The translations under genes were made by a program, and so were the position numbers. DNA of 64,000 bases, taken from NCBI RefSeq assembly GCF_964204865.1, contig NC_135257.1, positions 9,610,001-9,674,000 on the forward strand. The letters run 5' to 3'. Every line of letters starts with the position of its first letter. Position 1 is the first letter of the stretch. Origin of the DNA: Styela clava (Eukaryota). Positions 54,186-64,000 of the stretch are shown here, one piece after another. Below the pieces are notes generated by a model. That model ran no database searches. It was given only the letters and a program-made list of their open reading frames with translations, and was not told the DNA's origin.

Positions 54186-57100
54186 GTATAAAAAATGGTA
54201 CCCATGGCCCATAAAATTTGGAAATCAATATATGGTTCATACCTTATTTTACTTTTGTCATCAGACAAACGTTGGTCATTAACATTACATTGTCATAGTG
54301 ATTTTAACATATATATTTATGAAAACACATTGGACTGAGTCAAAACTAAAATTCACCCATCTCCTATTTTATAATTCGAAAACTTCACCGGTAATTACCA
54401 TCTCAACTGATACGATTGCGCCAAGAGGGTATAATCAGCCAGGGATAATCGCATCCCGCTTCACTTTTTTACTCGTGTCCCTTACCCTGAGAATGTTATC
54501 AGCTTCGCAATGTCCAATCAGAATAAACAAAAATGTTCGCACGATATGTTTCACGCATGATCGAAAATATTTGCGTGTCGTCTTGCGCTCATGTCCTCCG
54601 CGAATACAACAATTACTGTATACACCGCCAAAGTTAATTTTTTTAGTTTTTATGTGGTAGACACCTTAACTGTGAAAACGCGTATATAAGTAGAATTCAT
54701 AAGTCACCATTTTATAACCCTTCAAATTATGTTCCATTCCAACTAAAATTGGACATTTTTTTGCCACACAACCAAATGCGGTGACGAAATGGGCCGATGC
54801 AATATTCCGATAAACCGTAATAGTATACTTTTACCGCGAGAAAACTAATAATAATATTAATATATATTCAAATTCTGTGCTATATTATAGTATCGGCGGA
54901 CCAAATTGCCGTGAAATAAAGCTTTAATATCGCAATCATGCAAGTAGATTAGTGTTAAATATCATTGAGGGTCTATCTATCCCATTCGTGCTTAATCTTA
55001 TTTGTAATCGATCATTATCTTACGGAAATAAAAATATCACGTTAAGCAGCTTTCAATACGTAAATTGTTCTGATGCAATTATTTTGGCAAATTGAATCGA
55101 TCCATTAGTTTTCTATTGTTGATAAAATATTTGTATGTAGATTTGGTTGGCACATTTGGTCGTCCCTTTGTAACCTAATAGCAGAGATAAAATTAGAGCT
55201 CTAATAGCTATAGAAATGCCGACACCGCTTTCAACCCGGGTAATAAGATAATCTACGGGAGGTTAATGATATCAAATTTTCTTCGTGAGTCATTTTATAT
55301 GCTGGGATAGACAATTATTAGCCTTTCTTCCTCGTTTTGTGACCTCATTTATACAAGTCAAAACAGGCCAATGCTATCAACGATCAGGTCAAGTAAGAAT
55401 TAAGGTAATTTCAATATGGCCATTTTATTCAAAAAATACCTTAATACGCGCCAATCCATGGCTCACACTTAATACTATTTTTTGAAAGGAGATGATAATT
55501 ACAAAATAATTTTCCTACGCATATTTGATAAAAAGAGAAATTTTCAATATTTTTAAACTGCTTTTTTTGTATATTTTCTTATTGATTTCAATATTTTTTC
55601 AAAGACAACGACCTACTATACTTAACTTTCAATAATATACTGTGGTTGAGCAAAGATGAGGCATTCTTGCATTCCTAAGCGTCACGGCTTTATGATCGCC
55701 AATCTTTAACAATTCTTTTAGGGTGAATTTGAAAGCAAGCGTGTACTTGAATGCAAGAGCAGTATATTTTCTTCCAATATAACCCTTGTTTCTCGTTCAT
55801 ATTAATTAATATTTTATTTCAAGTCATAGTTATATGGACAAACAAGATTTTATTTTTTTATGATACACTATTTCAATGCCGAAGTTATCTAGACGAATGT
55901 TCGAGTTGTATGTATTAGCTTGTTATCAAGCTATTGGGAGAAGGTGTTTTGAATAGCGGTATTTCATGGCAATTGAAAATGAGCCGTTAATAACAACAAT
56001 GCCTGTCCTCTTTATCACCTTGTTCCCGGTCAACAATTCAACATTTGATTGATCGTTCCATATGAAACTAGACAAAATTCGTCTATCATTTTGCGCGTCA
56101 TAATGAATAAGGTAAGAAGATCGTGAGGGAACTAACTATGCAGATTTGCAGATAATGACTAGAAGGCAATATTTGTTGCGCATGAAGTTTTGAAGCCATT
56201 GCAAATTGGTATTTAAGCAAATAACAATTATAAAAACTGTTTGTATTTACTTATAGAGCATGCTTTCTTCCACAATTTTAAACAGGCGAACCCAGAACAT
56301 TGTACAACTATCGCGACTTGGAAATTCAAAACAAGAGTCCAAGCAGACGAAAAATAGACAAATTCCGACGTCATTCGGGGGTTTACGATATACGCCCCTT
56401 CACGCCTTGACTCTGAATAATCATATTCAAACGATTACTCACTTAGATACGTGATCAAAACAATTATTATCAGAAAGAGAGTGCTCTCTTTAGATCTTCA
56501 TCTTGAAGTAGACAATATTTATTATAGATTTTCTTAAAAACTACATTGCGTGACAAAGTGATTGTTTACCCCACACTTCGAACTCGTGTCAATGCTTTGA
56601 CCCTGCCTATAACCTAGCAAAATGGAGGAAAGGGATACTAAAATTGTCGGTACACTTGGCAAAGGACAAGTGCGTGTTTTTTATTTGTATCGAAGCAGAC
56701 CCCTTTCTAAGAATTGTACATTTCTGTCTTCCATACCTTCCTATCATACAGCATATTATTTTAATGGCTCATTATACTAAATAAATTGATTTTATTAAAA
56801 CCTCGTTACGTAAAAAGTAAAACAGCCTTCGTCGCGTTAGCGGTCGCAACATTATTGCAGCAGGCTGTTTACTCCTAATCAAGAATTGAATACTTTATAT
56901 ACTAGGAACATAACATAATATAATGAATGAAAAGTAAAAAGCTGCATTTGAAAGAATATTAACATAAGCAATTTGAATTTACACATATTGTGAATAAAAT
57001 TTGGCAATATTTTACACATTTCCTGATACCGAGTTAGGATGCAAAGCCAATGAAAACAAATAATCATCATTATATGTAAAAAAAAATATGAATTTGGCAA

Positions 57101-57231
57101 CGACCGTTCGTAAAATGAAGTATAACAATTACGTTTCACATACTACAATAATTCGCAATTAAAATATATATAATAATTCTCTCGCGGCTAAAACAGGTCT
57201 AAATGTTAAAATCAAACAGAATAACAAGGTA

Positions 57232-60172
57232 TCATGGCGAAATTGTCTTTTTCACTACCTCATCGCTTGAGCACATCGAAGCAGATGGGGGATTCTGAGT
57301 ATTCGATAATGCAACAGTTTCACCTTCGCAAAAAACACTCGATATTATTTCAATTTTGCCTGTTTTTAATGGGTCCATCAAGAGTACGTGTGCATTAAAA
57401 GGAACGGGATCGTCTCTAGAACTTTCTGGTTGATATGGAATTTCTGTCACGTGATGAAATCCATTTTTGGCATAAAAATGTGAGGTTACCGAACTGTGGC
57501 TGATTGCAGCTATCACTGGGCAATTATTTCTGTTTGCTTGAGCATCGCAATCTGCTTTATTTGATAAAGAGCCGGATGTCGCTTGATTTTCGGGTGACAG
57601 AACGTCGTCTTCTTTTATATCTTTTTTCCGATTACTTACTTTTCTGCGAAATTGTTTTTTATTTGGTGTATCGCTACATTTTCCATTCGATTCGTGCTTT
57701 GGTAATGTTGTAGGGCTTGGAACTGGCATATGATGTAGTAGCGCAAGTCCATGAAGAAACTTCATCCAATATTCACGATGAGAATTCTCTATTTGTGGAG
57801 TTTGTTTCAACTCTTTAGAGCATGTCGGTTTTATATTTGATGAATCATTATCTTCATGTGAATGGCTGGAAAAAATATTCCACAAACGCGTTAAAATTCC
57901 AACATCATTTGACTGCGGGTGATTTTCTTCGACATCCCGGTGAATATCAACAAGTGAATTTTGGCCATTGCAAGCTTCGCCATTTTGTAGCTTTGACATT
58001 TCAATTAAAATTTCCTTCTGGTGCTGGTCGTTTGCCGTTTGATATCGAAGCATGATTTCGACAGTTTTTCGAAAAACTACACTACCTAGTCCATGCAAGC
58101 ACAGATCGGGATCGATTGCACAAAATAAACCATTCCACATAGGAGCACGAGCCTTTCGTAGTAATTTTGTGACGGTCTCTTGTTCCCACAATTCGTACCT
58201 GATTTTAAAAACAAGATATTTTCGTACAATAACATTCTAAAATAAAAACGAAGAAGAAGTCTATTTAAAAATTTCAAACAGAATTTTTTAACGTTCTACT
58301 CGAAAAAAAGAGATCTTATCGACAAACAGCACACCCAGATCTGACTTGTATGTAAATATAAGGTCTTCAAAAAAAGCTTTAATTGATGACTAAAACCCAC
58401 TCGTTCTATGAACCTATGCTATGTTTAAAACTGTACTCATAAAGTTAGATTTAACCAGTCACCACAAAATGTCTCATGCATCGACCAATATGCTTTTTCA
58501 TGAAAACGCGGAAACGATACTATCCTATCACCGATAGAAATCACCAGATAGAAACCATCCCTGAATCGTTAAAAAATCATATTAAACGATGCTCACTCTA
58601 TTACGCGTTGCAAACAATCCTGACTAACTTCCGCCAGCTTATACTTTTTGTAAGCTTCCCAATACAAGTTGTCGTCCTGCAGTGCCCAAGCTATCCCATC
58701 ATCTGCCGGGGGAACAAATAATAACGCACCTCTGATATCCAGCGCCTCCTGAAAAATAAAGAAAAAAGGATTTTTAATAACATAATCTCAAAATTGGTAA
58801 TTTTATGCTATCGCATCACGTGACCGATATTACTTTTCAGAAATTTGAAACGATAATAATAATTCTAGCTAAATAACACTGTTTCTTTATATAAACCGTA
58901 ACTTTGATAAACAAACTTCGACTCAGACTTGTTTTATCCCCCAAAGCGATTATTTAAAATGACTTTTCGTCAGTTCAAGCGATATACAGTTAAAGTCAAT
59001 GTGACTGATAACTCATTTCCTTTTACCAAATTAGAGCAATTTAAAATGAAAAGAAAATGCCGAAAATTATGCTGGTGGTTGAAATTGTGGTAACTTTGTT
59101 TAACTCCAAATTCGATATGGCGTTCTATTTGTCGCAAACTCAAATCGAAAGAGTCATTCGAAATATTGTAAAATCTGGAGGTTAAATAAATACACCGTCT
59201 AGATGTGAGTAGAATATTTTTATATGGACTGTGTAAAACTCTTTGCCACTGTTAAGGGTCAATTTGAGATTTTAGTATTAAAATCAGATTTATTATTTTA
59301 TTACTTACGTACTCCTGTGCCTTATTTATTTCTATTATCCCTCGACCAAGCTTGATCTGGACTTAGTGCAAATGGTCGAGTCGCGAACAATTTTAGATTA
59401 GGCTTGGCAAAAAATGTCTTTTATGTAATAACAGTAAACGTTAAGTAAAATACCAATTATTTTTAACACATACAATAGATATATATACCTACATCAGAAA
59501 AAGTTACAAATATTTCATTTCACTCTAAAACCTTATCGATTACGGATGCCTGACAGATAATTTAATTTAGGAAATTGGGCGAATAAGGATGTGACGATGG
59601 CGCTAACGGTGACTTATTTCATTGTTGTTTTTTACCTTTCGTCCTTCTTGAGTTTTGATTTCAGTATCTTGACATCTTAGAACCATCAGGATTCCCTTCC
59701 CGTGACGGACTGCTACGTCATAGTTTGCTTCCAAATACCGTCGCATGAATTCTGGTCTTTTCCCCTCGTTCGGTTCCAAATGAGCATACAGAGGATATTT
59801 TTGGAATGACTTTACCAAAACCTTTTTCGCCTTTAACCAATCTTCCTCTGAATCGGCGACATCCATCTGCCATCTATTTATAACAAATATACATGTACAT
59901 GTGTGTCTTTTAATATTAGTTATGCACATTCGCCATTAACCCTGGCCTCCCCCACGCTGGAGGACAATACCAGTGTTTATGAAAATATATACAAAAAAGT
60001 CAATACACACATGCATAATGTTAAAAACTACATTGTATCGTAACATGCTAAAATAATGTTTGACTTAAAAGTGCACAACCAATATTTACTATTACTTTAT
60101 TAAATTGTGCCATTACAGTAAACTTTATCTTACACAGTATAAGAGGTTTACTCACTTGTATCTCTTTGTCAT
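57232..60172 (-). CDS. Uncharacterised 457-aa protein, probable GNAT-family N-acetyltransferase with a large internal insertion; exons 60172-60156, 59873-59636, 58748-58597, 58198-57232
   Basis: Four exons splice in frame (1374 nt, GT-AG). GNAT-like elements appear in order: KKVLVKSFQKYPLYAHLEP...RPEFMRRYL, IRGALLFVPP, motif A-like WNGLFCAIDPDLCLHGLGSVVF, and motif B-like SHFYAKNGFHHV. The gene model is well supported. The family call rests on motif recognition only, and the 17-nt first exon is less certain. Confidence 0.72.
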
Positions 60173-63100
60173 TTTCAAATTCTAATGTCGTGAATTTATT
60201 ATTACATAGAATGTAATATAGAATATATTAGATCCTAAAATCATAAATTACATTTCAATACATTTTTATAAAAATATATACCACGTCATTCGACTTTGAA
60301 CAGTTTCATATACAGTATAAATATGCTATAGTGGATAATATTGTTAAAATAGTGAAGTGCCATATAAATTCTTTGTAAAGTCAAAAGAAGACTTTAATTC
60401 AATTTTTCGTAATAACATAAGGGGGTCAGAATAATTTTTCAAAAAATAATTATACAATCAAAGCCCTCAGAAAGGTTTTCCTTGAGCAAAACCAATTTTC
60501 GAATTCGCGACATGAAGCCAATTATTAGTACCCTTAGTAGTTGTTTTAAAGATATAACATATTACAATCACCTAGTGTTGCAAAGACAAATTTTATCTAA
60601 TATCAATATTGCTATCGACCGACACTTACTTACTTGTGCTGATGTATCTGTACTATCAGATTTATACTGGCCACTAGCATTTGAGATCTCTGATTTATAT
60701 AGATTTCCCAATGTTCAAGCATATAAATCGAATTTGAACAAATTGTTTATTATTGTTATATATTTAACAATAGCAAAATGGAGAAATATAAAAGGAGAGA
60801 AAACATTTGGGAGCAAATATTATACTTCCCCTTATTTAAAATAGCACCTCTTTTGAGAGTGATTGATTTTTAAAATGATTTTATCAGCACACGTTTTTAA
60901 CTTTAAAATCCAATAGAAAGAAAATATTGGTTGACTTGTGTAATCCATCGGTTTTATATTCTTTGTTCTCAAAGGGTAAATTTATATACTCTTATTCATA
61001 AAACGATATCAGGAATTATTTTATTGTCTATTATATCAAAGATGGAAACTCTTCATTGAATTTGAATGACCTGCTTGAGTTACAAAAACATTGCGAATCT
61101 TTCTTTATATTCAAAATTTATTTTATTACACGACGTTGTTGAAGTAAACATACTGTTGTCACCATCAAAAATTTGCGATTTTGAAGTAATAAAATTCTGA
61201 AATCCATTTTGACTGGTAGCCTATATCATAAGCCTTTAATATAGTAAAATGTCACGGACGATGAAAGTTTTAATCTTGCTATGCTTAACATGAATCGCGA
61301 GAATTAGTGGTTGAAAGTATTAAAGAAGACAAAAAGTAAATACAAAAGTCCAAGCACACACAAAAATCTATAGGTGATACAAAACAGCGCACAAGGATTC
61401 ATATATAATATATATATTATTTATATTTTTCTGAGGCAAGTTAAAAAAATACCGAATTAAAAAAGTCACTGTGCCTTATCACGGCCCATCGTACTGTACA
61501 AACAACTAGTATTAGATTCTCAGTCTGAATCGTTAAAATAAAACGATTTTCCAATCCCGACGATTCGAAATGGTTAAAAATTTATGTTTATCAAATATGG
61601 AGCATATACGCAGTGTGCCTGCCAGACATAATCTATTCATTGTCAGCGATGATAATAATGTTATATAATATTGGATAGCACCAATTGCAATGGAATGCGG
61701 AAACTAATTCAAAAGATTATCTTGCCCCGTTAACTTTTGTTAAACTATATTCTCCTTGCACAGGGGTATTTATTGTTCGAAACGAAGTAAGCCGAACCAA
61801 CATACCAAGAGTACAATCTAACCCTGCACAGTTTCACGTCAAAACAGTTTTGTACTTGATTGATACACAGTTATATCAATAAAGTAACTTTTCAAAGAAC
61901 GTTGCTCATTTCCGTACTTTTAGAAATACCTAGAACATTAACATCAAATCAGATTGATAATAGTAAAATAAAGAATCGTGACCGAATCCAATTTACTTCC
62001 TGGAGACTGGTTCTCATTTTGGGCTCATGAATGCTGCGTGTTCAAACATAGTGGTGTGTTTTACCTATATACGATAGATTTCCTAAATTTACTACTTTCA
62101 TTCAGTGCAAATGACTCATTAAAATACACGACGGGTGAAGCAATTCAGGTCTTCGACAAATACTTCACTTAACGGCTATATATTGCTATTCTTGAGAATT
62201 TTTCCATCGTGTACCACCCATGCTGTGCGTGAATATAAACCAGCAGATAGTTTTGATAAGGTATCTTACAATGCGCAAAAATTTCCCCAGCTGAAAAATA
62301 ACAAAGAAAATATTACGAAGAAGTATTTTAAGGTTGTATTTTTTGGCTCACTGTTTTTTGTACAAGTACAGAATTCCATGTCGCATAATGTCGTCTACTA
62401 CACTTCAAATGCCCAATAGCGTGACGAATTAGCACATACTATATCGAGATGCCGTGACTGCACTTGGTGGTCGGGTGCCCGTGACTGGAATAATTGCAAG
62501 TTGTGTATTTTTTTAACGTGTCAGCGTCCAGTTATTATAAGCAAGACTAAGGGTATATTGTCAGACCATGTATTATTTATATAATAATTTTAATAATAAT
62601 ACATTTTCACACTAATATTTCACTATTATCCTCCAACGTTTATTCTGCGAACACAATAGTTATCTTTAGATATTTAAACACTCATTGCTAATTATATAAT
62701 CAATGAACCCCGGAACTAAAATGGTGTTTTCACAAAACTCAAAGCATATCACAAATGAAGCCTGTATAGTTGTTTACCCCTGGTGGGTGAACTGAATATC
62801 CCTAAACTGCTATGTTATAATAGAAATTCGGTCCTTTCACCTCTCGTTCCCCCTGAAATAAGTCCCTTTGTAAACAAGATTTACACAATACGAAACGTTA
62901 ACCACCCGCACGTAGACTCTTCAAATAGGTGTTATGACTGCAAAAGTCACTTGATCAAGCGTAATATATATGAATTGCCCTCGAATGAAAAATCAAAACA
63001 GAATTTATAGTAGTATTAAATTATGCAATTGGCTCAAACTTAACAAAGGGTAAGGATGATAGGATGGAAAACATACATGATCGATTTTGAAGATATACTG

Positions 63101-63307
63101 AAACTGGTTCTTCCGTGTTTGAGAGAAAGTGTTTGAATTACAAAAGAGTCGCGGGGGGTCGTGAGGCCTGAAAGTTAAGTAGGTTGGAAATAAACTTGAA
63201 AAATACACATTTGTAGGGCGTGAGGTTGTTTTAGCCTGTCGTTGCTGTTTTTCCATTCTTTCACAATTGATAATAATATATGCTACAAAAGTACCATCAT
63301 CCTGGTC

Positions 63308-63410
63308 CTCCTGAGATATGCGCACCAAGATGGCACACAACCTGAACTCAGGTTGTGTACCAGGTTAGGGTTCAGGTTATGCGACATCTTGGTGCGCATA
63401 CTTCAAGAGC
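63308..63410. mobile_element. Short hairpin MITE-like element, copy 3
   Basis: Same family as copies 1 and 2. Flanked by the direct repeat accatcatcctg(g/a)tc at 63293-63307 and 63411-63425. Confidence 0.8.
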
Positions 63411-64000
63411 ACCATCATCCTGATCTGACCCATAGTATACAAATGAAGCAAAAGTAAAAATGATTTCTTGGTAAATTTACGTCCTCTCGTCAATATTTGA
63501 AAACTCCCTTCTCCATAATTGTATCGCGTGCGTTTCCAATAAAAGAATCTGATCTGGAAATCCTTCAGATATATTGATGCACTAGTATTAGCAGAAGACG
63601 CGAGAAAAAGTGCAATGTATTAATTATTTTAAATATATTTATATATATATGCACTTAATTTGTGGTGTTTAAAGTTAGTACTGTGACTTAGTTCATATAT
63701 ATATATATATGTAAATGCTCGGTGGCAGTACAAGTGTTCATTTTTAGTCGAGCGTTGGCGTTTCGACTGAAGAAATCCGCATGACCCATATCGAAGCATA
63801 TTCTCAGGAGGACTGATGAATTCTAATTATCGCTCCGTGTTTAGTACAAGAGCTGCTGTTTTCGTAGTCTAGTTTTTTTGTATAGCAATGTATAATTTAT
63901 TCAATTTTCCTATGAATTGTGATAGTCCATAGAACTATATCACAAATCAGGGCAGACCATTTTAGAGGGCATGACAACAACTTCCCCTTGGTAATTAAAA

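Overview
AT-rich, intron-rich animal genomic DNA. An invertebrate chordate such as an ascidian is plausible, but this is inference only; it is not a prokaryotic window. Reading GT-AG splice sites by hand gives seven protein-coding genes. On the + strand is the 3' part of a branched-chain amino-acid aminotransferase (BCAT, 8 exons visible, 5' end outside the window). On the - strand are: a 6-exon, 204-aa secreted and extremely cationic lipocalin-like gene that the ORF track misses entirely; a GAPDH with an uninterrupted CDS; three intact tandem 7-exon cytosolic sulfotransferase paralogues with unusual active-site residues; and a 4-exon, 457-aa GNAT-fold acetyltransferase-like gene whose domain appears split by a ~170-aa insertion. 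Intergenic and intronic DNA holds many non-autonomous DNA transposons: hAT/Charlie-Buster MITEs with 8-bp TSDs, an internally deleted Buster transposase, two Helitron/Helentron-like families, a ~100-bp hairpin element and several local tandem duplications. I found no rRNA, tRNA or CRISPR features. The most promising leads are the hidden cationic lipocalin, the split GNAT, the divergent SULT trio, and their co-oriented clustering.
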